Source: Felis catus (taxonomy: Eukaryota). Taken from it: DNA of 64,000 nucleotides. The notes beneath the pieces are model-generated. The model made no database searches. It was not told the DNA's origin and saw nothing but the letters and a program-made list of their open reading frames with translations. The stretch spans positions 132,496,001-132,560,000 of the forward strand of contig NC_058368.1 of NCBI RefSeq assembly GCF_018350175.1, read 5' to 3'. A program made the translations under genes and the position numbers. Of this stretch, positions 52,867-64,000 are shown one piece after another (the first letter of the stretch is position 1; each line of letters begins with the position of its first letter).

Positions 52867-54260
52867 GTAAACTTTCACGAACCTGACTGCGTTTAGTCTG
52901 TTTTCTGTTCTCTCGCTAGTTCTCGAAGCCTTTGCCACCTAGGCCTGGTCCCGGGGATGTAGGCCTCGTCCTTCGTAAACACCATTAGTTCCTGCATTCT
53001 TGCTGTGTCCTTCGGCGCCGAGAGGAAGGAAGCAGTTTTTCTTCTTTGCTTTTTAAGTTTGAGAGACTTATGTTGCATTCCTCTAGAATGTAATAGATAC
53101 CCGATAAATCACTCGTTGTGTTATATGCTGTTTGCAGTAACCAGACCGGTTTTAGTCAGAGAAGTTAACGTCCCTAGAGCCCTGTGAGCCAAGATGATGT
53201 ACAGTAGGCATCTCCGGTGATTTTTCCTCGTCTCTTATGTCTTTGTGTAGCACTGACGAAGTTACCAGTCTTCAGTTTGATCAGCAAAATTAGTCTAGTT
53301 TTAGCAGTGCCAAGGGTTTTGAGACACATAGTACAACAACGTATAATTTAGATTTGCTATAGCTTATTGCAGTTTACTTCAAAGTAGTGTGGATGTGGGA
53401 AAATTGATGTCAGCTTTCGTTTTCTGTACACAGCAGAAAATTTGGAGTAAGTTTGATGGTGTAATTGTATTATTATTTAGGGAAAACGAACAGGGCAGAG
53501 TTTTCTGGAATTACTGTTTTCTGAAAACCTTTTATTTAAAATGCTTTCAGCTTTATTTCATCTGTTTTCTACTTCCCCAAACGCACTTCTTATTTCTTGG
53601 ATGCTCTACTGTGTGGTTTCCAATAACTTCTTGAACTGAGCTGAGAAGAGATTGGATAGACATTTGAATTCAGTTGAATTTCGCTTACCTTCTTTTGGCA
53701 TCCATTTTGACGGACCATTATCTTGTACACAGTTATGATGTAGGCATTAAACATTCCAGAAGCTCAGCCGTCTCATTTGTAACATAAAATCATATACTGA
53801 TAGCTCGGTTTAATAAATCTGTCTCTGACTATAGAGCTGAAAAACAACAATATTAATATAGATATATGACCTGTAAGCTGAGCCTGAGCAAATGAGTTAC
53901 ACTGAGATGGGTTCTTTCTGGAGAAAAAGGAAAAGAAACTGTCATGTTCTTTCTTAATCCCATATCAAGTATGTAAATAGATATTAATATCTTTCAGAAA
54001 TTTAAGAAACTTTCAAGATTTTAACAAGTCTAATTGTACTGATTGTTGGATGCCAAGTGTACCAACTTATATGATCATTTAAGTTCACTTTCTTATATAT
54101 GTAAAAAAATGAGCTGTCACAACTTCATCATCCTCAGAGTACAACATTGAATATTTTCAAACAAAAATAATTCTCAATGCAGTATCTTAAAGTGTGAAAG
54201 TGTAAAGAAAAGGAAAGAAAAAAATAAAAGCATTATTGTTCTAAAAATATGCTATGTTTA

Positions 54261-54944
54261 GGGGAGGCTGGGTGGCTCAGTCAGTTAAGCTTCCGACTTT
54301 AGCTCAGGTCATGATCTCCAGGTCTCTGATTTCGAGCCCTGCGTCCGGCTCTGTGCTGACAGCTCTGAGCTGTCAGCACAGAGCCTGGAGCCTGCTTCAG
54401 ATTCTGCGTCTCCCTCTCTCTCTCTGCCCCTCCCCTGCTCACACTGTGTCTCTCTCACTCTTAAAAATGAATAAATGTTAAAAAAAAAAAAAAATTAAGG
54501 GGGCGTCTGGGTGGCGCAGTCCGTTAAGCAGCCGACTTCAGCCAGGTCACGATCTCGCGGTCCGTGAGTTCGAGCCCCGCGTCGGGCTCTGGGCTGATGG
54601 CTCAGAGCCTGGAGCCTGTTTCCGATTCTGTGTCTCCCTCTCTCTCTGCCCCTCCCCCGTTCATGCTCTGTCTCTCTCTGTCCCAAAAAATAAAAAACGT
54701 TGAAAAAAAAATTTAAAAAAAAATTAAGAATATGCTATGTTTAGGGGCGCTTGGGTGGCTCAGTCGTTTAAGCGACCAACTTCGGTTAAGTCATGATCTC
54801 ATGGTTCGAGTCCCACATGGGGCTCTGTGGTGACAACTCGGAGCCTGGAGCCTGCTTCGGATTCTTTGTCTCCCTCTCTCGACCCCTCTCCTGGTCACAA
54901 TCTGTCTCACTCTCTCTCAAAAATAAACATAAAAAAAAAAAAAA
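54261..54944 (+). mobile_element. Three tandem felid-type CAN-SINEs
   Basis: About 54261-54497, 54499-54727, 54744-54944; target sequence tatgctatgt(t/c)tag present three times. Confidence 0.9.
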
Positions 54945-56135
54945 GTATGCTATGTCTAGATTCATGTTAAGAATTATGGGTGTTAAGGATCACAGTCATT
55001 TATGAATTTAAGTTGTCAAATCAGTTAGTGGACATTAACAGGCAAAAAGAATCATGATGAAATTAATTACTTCTGACTCTTCAAAATTGGTGATCAAATG
55101 AGTATTATGACACCATGACAGGAGTCCCCACTTATGGCCATTCTGGTAATGGGAGAACCCCTTCAAGGAGTTCTCTAATGATTTGGGGAGAACCTCTCAT
55201 TTTTTTCCTACAGTAATTAGGATTTGAAAGAGCTTGCATTGTGGCTCATGCAACTTTGGAAGCCTAACTGTATGCTAGAACTTACTATCAGTGACCCAAT
55301 TTGGGACAGCTTGAAGACTTCTTTGTTCTAAAAGGAAAAAAATATATATTAAGGTCTAGCCTTCTTGTTCCTCCTCTGAATTGGAATTCAGAAGCCATGG
55401 TACTAATGTCTTGATAGTGTGAAAGTGCCCCGTTTATACTAAGGACGCTTTTTAACAAGACCAGTTCCCAGCCTAGTTAAAATGCAAAATTTAACTATTT
55501 TCATGTTATTGGTGCTTAGTATTGGGGATGAAAATCGTTAAGTAGAGTATCTATGTATTTGGTAGAATTCATATCATTTTAAAGTATAAAATCTATTTTT
55601 TTCAATGCATCAAAAATCACAATGATTTTCATTTTCCTCAATTAATGTCTCAAAGTTTTAAGTATTATTACATTTTTGTTCTCTTCAAATGAATAAAATA
55701 TCCTAGGAATCACTAATTTACCCTTTGTTTCTGCTATAGTCTTAAGATTATTACCTAATATATTAATGACAATACTTATAAATATTTACATGTTGATCTA
55801 AATGTGTTGACTACTAGCAGTTTGAGGCTTACCAGGCATTTAATCCAGATCCCTTATTTTGGTGAGACAGAGGGTTTCCAATTTTGTGGATTCCATTCAC
55901 ATTTACCAACAACACTTGGTAAAATATCATATTGGGATTGGTTTTTGTTTTTTCTTTTCTCCCTATTTGTGTGTAGGTTATCCCTACCATATCTTATTCT
56001 TTGCAATACTTCCACTTTAGGTCCTGATTCCCTCTGATTTGGAAAGAAAGTCTTGTAATTATAAATTACATTCTAGCGCTGAGGAGCACATCTAAGAAAT
56101 TTTCTCTTCATTAAGAGTGACTGGATTACTGCAGA

Positions 56136-56891
56136 ATGACTACAGAAGTAATATTACATTATCGACCATATGAGAATGATCCCACACAACTGTCAAAAAT
56201 TGCAGAGAAAGCACTTCAAGACTTTCCTACACGTCCACTATCAAGATTTATTCCTTGGTTTTCTCATGATGGGTCCAAACTTCCACTCAAACCTAAAAGA
56301 TCACCACCTGTGATTTCTGAAGAGGCAGCTGAAGATGTGAAACTGTACTTAACCATTTCAGAACATGATGTTAAATCACAGAGTTACGATTGCACAATAG
56401 ATCTTTTGGAATTTCAACCTAATTTAAAAAAAGAAAAGCACTTAATCCAGTCATACACACTGAATGAACAGACTAATTCTGGAAATCTAGATAAGCAGTC
56501 AGAAAAGGGAAGACAGCATAAGAAGAGGTTTTGGAGTGTTTCACTTCCCAATAGTAATTGCACTGAAAATATTTTTCCTTTGTCTAAAAAATTGCAAGAT
56601 AGTTTAAAGGCACTGAATTTGCATTCACTTTATAGGGCAAGATGGACTATAGAGCACACTATTTGTAACAACCAAACTCTGGAAGACATTTGGGCAAAAC
56701 TCAATCAAATTATCAGGCACAATGAACTTCCATCTTGTAATGCTACAATTCAGAGACACTTAGACCAAATATGGGTGTTCTGTGATATTATGTACTGTGA
56801 ATATGTGGGAAATCTTCTTAAAGGTAGATTAGCTCTTACTGGGAAAATGAATTTATGTGTACGTAAATATGGTGTTATTTTTAGTATGTAA
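56136..56891 (+). CDS. SHLD3: Shieldin complex subunit 3 (RINN1), single coding exon nested in TRAPPC13 intron 1
   Basis: Intact 251-aa ORF MTTEVILHYRP...RFIPWF...LPLKPKRSPPVISEEAAEDVK...YGVIFSM; recognised SHLD3 sequence with REV7-binding PxxxPP motif. Confidence 0.95.
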   Translation: MTTEVILHYRPYENDPTQLSKIAEKALQDFPTRPLSRFIPWFSHDGSKLPLKPKRSPPVISEEAAEDVKLYLTISEHDVKSQSYDCTIDLLEFQPNLKKEKHLIQSYTLNEQTNSGNLDKQSEKGRQHKKRFWSVSLPNSNCTENIFPLSKKLQDSLKALNLHSLYRARWTIEHTICNNQTLEDIWAKLNQIIRHNELPSCNATIQRHLDQIWVFCDIMYCEYVGNLLKGRLALTGKMNLCVRKYGVIFSM

Positions 56892-56948
56892 TGAATTCCA
56901 CTGATTGTGAAAGAGAAGAATATCCTGAATGAACTGTGATCTGAAATC

Positions 56949-56954
56949 AATAAA
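56949..56954 (+). terminator. Candidate proximal SHLD3 poly(A) signal
   Basis: AATAAA 57 nt after the stop, followed by T-rich sequence. Confidence 0.45.
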
Positions 56955-57900
56955 TTTTTATGAGTTTTTAAATTTTTGATGACTTAATTTTTTTATTTGA
57001 CCCTTCAGTCATATAGCCTATTCATTCTTAATATTGTAAAAAATTGTGTGGTAATATGTATAGTTTGTTCCCTAGAAGTAAATGACTATCAGGTGAGTTC
57101 CTAGGCATGTCTGTTAACTCAAGAACAATGTATACAGGAAGGTGAATCTATGACAGCATTTGATAAAATACTAATAGCATTTACTCTAAGAAATGGTAGC
57201 AGTACCATAATTTTATTTTTCCCTGACAAGTTGTCTAGCTTTAGATAAATGTTAACTCAAATTCAATGGAAAAAAGTGGACTATCATATGAATTTAACTT
57301 CTTTTGCCAACTTAGCAAATGACTAAAGACCGTTTTTCTTGAGAATTTCTAAGATGAGCTCCTGCATAATGATTAACTTTAATATAATGTGCTCAGAATG
57401 CCCAGCATTTCACTTCACAAACTTGAAATCATTCAGGGACTAGATAGGCAAGACTGTAGAATATGGTTAAGGACTCTGAACTATAAGAAGATTCTAATTT
57501 AATTTTTTTTAAGTTCTTTCCAAGCAAAATGTATATATACAAGTTGAACTTGGCCCAGTTCATTAGTTTGTAACCTCAAGCCTATCTTTTTCATAATTTA
57601 TTGAAAATTTCTAAGTTATTTATAAGATAATAGATGAAACCCGAATTTCATAAGTAAATCAAGGGTCTGTGTGAGTTCCAATGAGGATGGCTCTATACAT
57701 GACACTATTTGCTGTGTACAGTGAATATTTGACTTGGCACTGGGCTGAAAGTCACATACTCTTTTTGGCCTCCTCAATTTTTGACTAAGAACCTGATCTA
57801 ACATTCAGAGCTGAATATAAGACTATCACTTAATTACCTTTTTTTCCTTTAGCTGGTTTGTTTTGTTTTTTAAATTCCACCTAGGAGTTCCTCTGACAGT

Positions 57901-57918
57901 TTTTTTAACGTTTATTTA

Positions 57919-57958
<40 letters not shown>

Positions 57959-59083
57959 TGAGAGAACATAAGCAAGGGAGGGGCAGAAAGAGAGGGAGAC
58001 ACAGAATCCAAAGCAGGCTCCAGGCTCTGAGCTGTCAATGCAGAGTTTGAAGTGGGGCTCGAACCCACAACCATGAGATCATGGCCTGAGCCAAAGTCAG
58101 ATGTTTAACCAACTGAGCCACCCAGGCACTCCGTCTGCCAGTTTGTTTGTTTTTTAAGCCTTGCTTTTATTGGTATTTGCTCTTTTCCAGCCAACATTAT
58201 GTGTAATTTTTGAGGTTCATTAATTTGTTATAAGACAGGAAATATTGCATTTTAAGTCTGTATTTGATAGGGGCATACTTTGGATCTTCCTTCAAATAAT
58301 GAGATAGTTTTATATTACTAACAGGGCTTTCCCAGTTTGTGTTTAAAAATCTGCATTATATTGAACTGTGCTTTATAGTAGTTTTCTTTGAGTCCATAAA
58401 ATGATAGTGTTTCTTACCCACTGCTATCCCCACCTCCACCCTTGCTGATTTTTACCCTCTTTGAAAATATGAAGAAAACATATTTTTAAAAGGTTTCTTT
58501 TTTTAAATTTTTATTTATTTTTGATAGGGAGAGCATGTGGGCAAGTTAGGGAGGGGCAGAGAAAGGGGCACAGAGATCTGGAGCGGGCTGTGTGCTGTCT
58601 GCAGACAGCCAGATATGGGGCTCGCTCTCAGGAGCTGTGAGATGATGACCTGAACCAAAGTCGGACACTTAACTCGCTGAGCCACTCGGGATCCTGAAGA
58701 AAATATATTTTTAATACCAGTTTGGGAACTTTTTATTTTTAATAGAGGGTTGTTTTTTACCAACCGCCTTATTGTCTCATACCATAAAAATCATAGAATC
58801 AGCAAAAACTAGCCTCAATAAGACTTTGATACACAATGGAAATTTGAGCATATAATAAGCAAATAAGTTGGCTACATGTTTGGGTGAACTCAAAGACACT
58901 TTCTATAAGTTTTTTTTTTTTTTTCTCTTTAATGTTTATTTTTGAGAGAGAGACAGAATTGGAAGCAGCTCCAGGCTCTGAGGTGTCAGCACAAAGCCTG
59001 ATGCGGGGCTTGAACTCACGGACCGAGAGATCATGCCTTGAGCCAAAGTTGGACGCTTAACTGACTGAGCCACCCAGAAGCCC
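57901..59083 (-). mobile_element. Three separate minus-strand CAN-SINEs
   Basis: About 57901-58132, 58497-58695, 58910-59083, separated by unique sequence. Confidence 0.8.
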
Positions 59084-59086
59084 CTA

Positions 59087-59366
59087 TAATTTTTAACTTA
59101 AATTCCAATTAGTTACCATACATGTAATATTAGTTTCAGGTGTACGAAAGAGTGGTTCAATACTTCCATACAATACCTAGTGCTCAATACAACAGGTGCA
59201 CTCCTTCATCCTTTTCATGTATTTAACCCATGCTCCCACCCACCTCCTCTCTAGTAACCATTAATTTGTTCTCTATACAGGTCTGTTTTGTGGTTTGTCT
59301 CTTTTTTTTCCTTTTGCTTGTTTGTTTTGTTTTTTAAATTCCACATATGAGTGAAATCATGTGTTT
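59087..59366 (-). mobile_element. L1 3'-end fragment
   Basis: Resembles the L1 3' UTR at 21050-21250; together with the SINE in its tail it is flanked by TSD tcaa(a/g)gacacttt (58890-58902, 59367-59379). Confidence 0.75.
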
Positions 59367-59492
59367 TCAAGGACACTTTTAAAAAAGTGTATTTTGATTT
59401 GAGAGTGTATTTTGTCTTAAGATTTAGCTTCTTCTGAAATGAAAAAAAAAATGGGGAATAAAGACCACTTGGTGTTAAAAGTGAGCTTAGAG

Positions 59493-59685
59493 TGTAGCCT
59501 GGGTGGCTTAGTTGGTTAAGTGTTTGACTTCAGCTCAGGTCATGATCTCATGGCTTGTGGGTTTGAGCCAGCAGTCGGGCTCTGTGCTGATGGTATGGAG
59601 CCTGTTTGGGATTCTCTCTTCCCCTCTCTCTGTCCTTCCTCCAGTTGTGCTTTCTCTCTCAAAATAAATAAATGAATAAATGTAA
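59493..59685 (+). mobile_element. CAN-SINE
   Basis: TSD aaaagtgagcttagagtgt. Confidence 0.85.
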
Positions 59686-59799
59686 AAAGTGAGCTTAGAG
59701 TGTTAGATATTTAGATTGTGAAAAACTGTATATATCATTTTTACACCCCTTTTATATCCCCTTCAGGTTGTGCATAATTTAAATCTGCTTTCCTAATTA

Positions 59800-60430
59800 A
59801 AAATGAACTGAAGAGCTTTCCCCATGAGATCAGGAATACGACAGGAATATCCACTGTCACCATTGTTGATTAACATAGTGTTGGAAATCCTAGCATCAGC
59901 AGACAGCAAAATGAAGTAAAAGGCATCCAAATTGTCGAAGAAGAAGTCAAACTTATACTTTTTGCAGATGACATGATACTCTACATGGAAAACCCAAAGA
60001 CCCCACCAAAAAGCCGCTAGAACTGATACATGAATTCAGCAAAGTTGCAGGTTACAAAATCAATGTACAGAAAATTGGTTGCATTTCTATACACCAATAA
60101 TAAAGCAACAGAAAGAGAAATCAAGAAATCGATCCCATTTGCAATGGCACAAAGAACCATAGAATACCTAGGAATAAACCTAACCAAAGATGTTAAAGAT
60201 CTGTATGCTGAAAACTATAGAAAACTTATGAAAGAAATTGAAGAAGACATAAAGAAATGGAAAAACTTTTCTTACTCATGAATTGGAAGAACAAATATTG
60301 TTAAAATGTCAGTAGTACCCAAAGCAATCTACAGTGCAGTCCCAATCAAAATTGTACCAGCATTCTCCGACCTAGAACAGACAATCCTAAAATTTGTATG
60401 GAACTACAAAAGACCCTAAATAGCCGAAAA
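59800..60430 (+). mobile_element. L1 ORF2 internal fragment (RT region)
   Basis: ctttttgcagatgacatgata (FADDM); [21 protein letters not shown]. Confidence 0.85.
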
Positions 60431-60611
60431 ATGAAGTAGAAAGTTAGAAACAGCTACCCGAACGCTTCCCATGCCAGGTCAATGATCTTTACCTGTTAAA
60501 TATTCTGCTTGATATATAGTCCTGTTTTGAATTCCCATAAGATGTTTCTGGTAAGGCCTTACATTCTGGGTTTATGACCCTAAGCTTATAATTAATCATA
60601 CAGAGAATTAT

Positions 60612-60912
60612 TTTTTAATGTTTATTTATTTTTGTTGAGAGAGCAAGAAAGCAGGAGAGGGGCAGAGAGAGAGAGAGAGAGAGAGAAGGAATCCCAAGCA
60701 GGCTCTGTGCAGCACAGATGTGGAGCTCTGTCTCATAAACCCTGAGATTTTGACCTAAACCAAAACCAACAGTCCTCTAATCAACTGAGCCACCCAATGC
60801 CCCCAGATAATTATTTTTGAATCAAGTGAATTTACCTGAGCTCAAATCTAATTCTGCCACCTGATAGGTAGTCTTTTTTAAAAATTTATAAACATATATG
60901 TGTGTGTATATG

Positions 60913-60943
<31 letters not shown>

Positions 60944-62463
60944 ATATATATATGTATATATACAAATATGTATGTGTATATATATATATATATATATATG
61001 TATACATATATATATTTTGAGAGCACATGAGGAAGAGGGAGAGGGAGAATCTTAAGCAGGTTCCAGCCCAGGGTGGAGCCTGATGCAGGACTCCATCTCA
61101 GGACCTTGAGCGGAAATCAAATGTTCAATGCTTAACTGAGGCACCCAGGTGCCCCTATATAATCTTTTATAGGCAAATTATCCTCTGGAAGCATTATTCT
61201 TATGTATAAAAGGTGGACAGTGGTACAAAATTTGTAGTCCTGAGACTTGAATGTGTGATATTTAGCACAGTCTAGCACTAGTAAATGCTCATTAAATATT
61301 AGCTCTGCAGGTGATTTCAGAAATTTTAAGGTTCACATCTGTTGCCTATATCAGCAGCTATCTATTTATATTATGATTTTACTTTTATTTTATTTTATTT
61401 TATTTTATTTTATTTTATTTATTTATTTAATGTTTATTGATTTTTGACACAGAGAGAGACAGACCATGAACAGGGGTGGGTCAGAGAGAGAGAGGGAGAC
61501 ACAGAATATGAAACAGGCTCCAGGCTCTGAGCTGTCAGCACAGAGCCTGATGCGGGGCTCGAACCCACGAACTGCGAGATCATGACCTGAGCCAAAGTCA
61601 TATGCCTAACCGACTGAGCCACCCAGGCGCCCCACTTTATTTTATTTTTAATTTTATTTTGTTTTTACCTTACTTAAGTAAGCTCTACACCCAGCATGGG
61701 GCTTGAACTTAGAACCCTGAGACCAAGAGCTACATGTTCTACCAACTGAGCCAGCCAGGCACCTCTCAAAAGCCATCTATTTAAAATAACGTTGTTTAGT
61801 GCCCTTGGTTCATGAAAATTACATCTTCAAAATACCATTTACTTGAGGATTTGGATGAGTTGCTAATTCTTTCATTTGGCAAAGATCTATTGAATATACT
61901 AGGTGCCAGAACCTATGTCAAGCAACAAAGCCACAAAACTAAACATAATACATAAGAGCCTAAACCTCATGGACTTTGGATCATAGTGTTGTAAATAAGT
62001 ACATTTATCAGTCCATGATGAATACAAGGAGCTATGAAAGAAGTAGGTGAGCTGTTATTTCTTTTTTGAAAAGATGATGTTTAAGCTGAGACCAAGATGA
62101 GAAAGGTGTTAAATTTAATATGAATGATATAACTAGTTAGTAGTTAGGTGATACATGTTTACATATGCTAATGAATACCACTTATACTGTGAATAACCAT
62201 TTAGGTCAATAGTCTAAAGTTTTGGGGGTTTGATTTGAATGAACGTTTTTTTTTTAGAGTTTGTTTATTTTGAAAGAGAGAGAGAGACAGAGAGGGAGCA
62301 TGAGCAGGGGAGGGGCAGAAGGAAAGAGAAAATCTCAAGCAGGCTCTGCACTGTCAATGCAGAGCCTGACAGGGGGCTTGAACCCACAAACCATGAGATA
62401 GATCATGACCAGAGCCAAAACTAAGAGTTGGACACTTAACCAACTGAGTCACTTAGGTACCCC
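60612..62463 (-). mobile_element. Cluster of minus-strand CAN-SINEs
   Basis: About 60612-60803, 60870-61155 (with TA/TG tract), 61382-61633, 61640-61765 (short form), 62245-62463. Confidence 0.78.
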
Positions 62464-63547
62464 TGCATTTTCTGAAATATTTTACAAGTTTGTATGATTT
62501 TTAATGTTATATTTTGGTCTTTATTTTGATGTGATCAAATGTCAGTCATTAGAAATAATTGAAAAAGATTTTCAGTAGTTAGCATGTTTCAGTAGTTTCA
62601 ATAGTTAGGATGTCCTATCCACACTAAACTAAATTACATAAATTTTCCCTTTTTGTGCTTAATTTTTGCCTGTTAACTATTTGATATGTAGGCATTTTAC
62701 TTGATATTTGAAATGAATTTGTATATTAATTTTTTAAATTCTTTCTAGATAGCTAAACAGTTCTAGCAGTTTATAATGTTGATTTCTTTGGCTGCATCCT
62801 AATCTTTTTTTTTTAAACTAATATATCTGTATAGTCTTACATTAATAAACCAATTAATTGATTTTAGACTTAAATGTTTTAATATATGGTAAATCCAGTT
62901 CTTCCTCATTTTTTCCCATTAATTTCCTTAGCTTATTTTTACTTGTTTTTCTAAACTTAGACACATTCTTTTATGTCCCAAGAACAAATCTTAGTTTTAA
63001 TTGGAATTTTAAAGAGCTATAGGTTAAGTGATACCTTTGTAATTTCTGTATAGAAAAATATTACTTACAGGTCCACTTATTGAACTTCCAGTGGCCAGTG
63101 ATTAGAACTGAGAGAGAAAGCTCACAAAGATTCTTTTGGTGTAAAATTATGGTTTGATGTTCAAAATGGTGCATCAAAACTTTTTTCTCTGTAAGGCTGA
63201 TATTTTGTTCACAGTGAAGTCACTCAGGATATTTTTTAAAGTCTTGTTCTCATATACCTTAAGCTTTAAAATTCCTTTCTTTTCCACTTTTTCTATTATG
63301 TGGTATATTACATTTACAGTTTTATAATGAGGTTGTAAATAAATCATGTAAGATTTTTTGTTATAAATTACTATTTTAGTAATATTTAATAATAGTTTAG
63401 TGTTATTTGGGGAAGTACATAATATTTAGGAAGCTTTTAGGTTATATTTGATGTTAGTATAGAATTGAAATATACTCTCAACTTGGGAATACTGGCCCAA
63501 AGCAATATTAATATTTTTCTTTCTTCTTTTTTTTTTTTAATTCACAG

Positions 63548-63616
63548 TGATGCGGTTAACTAAACCTACTTTATTCACCAATATTCCAGTAACATGTGAA
63601 GAAAAGGACTTACCTG
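63548..63616 (+). CDS. TRAPPC13: TRAPPC13 coding exon 2
   Basis: Long T tract + cacag acceptor; (V)[22 protein letters not shown]; gtatgc donor; phase matches exon 1; gene continues beyond the window. Confidence 0.93.
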
Positions 63617-64000
63617 GTATGCTTTGTTCTGTTTGCACCTAGGGAAAAGTTGCAGCCTGGACTGCCTGTATTACCTAGCAATAAGCATAGTCTTGCCAGT
63701 CTCATGCTCTTTGCTGCATTCTTTATTGTCTGGTTTTATATGATGTGAGTGGTGGCTTTCTAAGTGGTAGGTCTCACTCATAATTTCTTAGCCAAGAGAC
63801 TGTTGCTATCCTATGGCAACAAGAGGAGTATATTCATAGTCATGATATTAAAATTTTATTTATCCTCAAATGTTCCATCAACATGTGTATTAGCATTCCC
63901 TTTATTTAAAATTATTGGAGTTATCTATATTTTATATTTCATGACCTTCATTTTCCTTTGTTTCTGAAGTGTTCATTCTCTGTGAAAGTAGAATTTTTTG

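Larger units (their letters stand above)
51690..53030. promoter_or_regulatory. CpG-rich bidirectional promoter region TRIM23 / TRAPPC13-SHLD3
   Basis: Only CpG-dense non-repeat region in the window; divergent start codons at 52048 (-) and 52821 (+); GC box ggggcgggg near 52097, NRF1-like gcacaggcgca 52146-52156, ETS-like cttccgg 52759-52765. Confidence 0.85.

Noticed and set aside
59087..60430. Opposite-strand L1 pieces as one twin-primed inversion
   Set aside because: The minus 3' fragment has its own TSD and the two pieces are separated by unrelated sequence.

Overview
Mammalian genomic DNA, almost certainly a cat-family/feliform carnivore (dozens of felid-type CAN-SINEs and carnivore L1s). 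It holds the conserved PPWD1-TRIM23-TRAPPC13/SHLD3 cluster: the last seven coding exons of PPWD1 (+, 567-13509), the complete 11-exon TRIM23/ARD1 gene (-, 52048-18227, 574 aa by my exon assembly), a CpG-rich bidirectional promoter with tandem ZNF143/SBS-type motifs, the first two coding exons of TRAPPC13 (+), and a single-exon 251-aa ORF nested in TRAPPC13 intron 1 that is shieldin subunit SHLD3. Main observations: (1) if SHLD3 uses TRAPPC13 exon 1, the TRAPPC13 start codon becomes a short uORF that stops just before the SHLD3 ATG with either of two acceptors; (2) a full-length U6 snRNA/L1 chimeric retrocopy with target-site duplication in TRIM23 intron 5; (3) an L1 3' end inserted at the homologous position of an older L1; (4) inverted L1s bracketing TRIM23 exons 8-9; (5) a three-SINE insertion hotspot; (6) a diverged ~120-bp duplicate flanking TRIM23 exon 10. 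Exon boundaries were read by eye and checked for frame. Repeat boundaries and family names are approximate and come from memory of consensus sequences. I found no clearly new protein-coding system.
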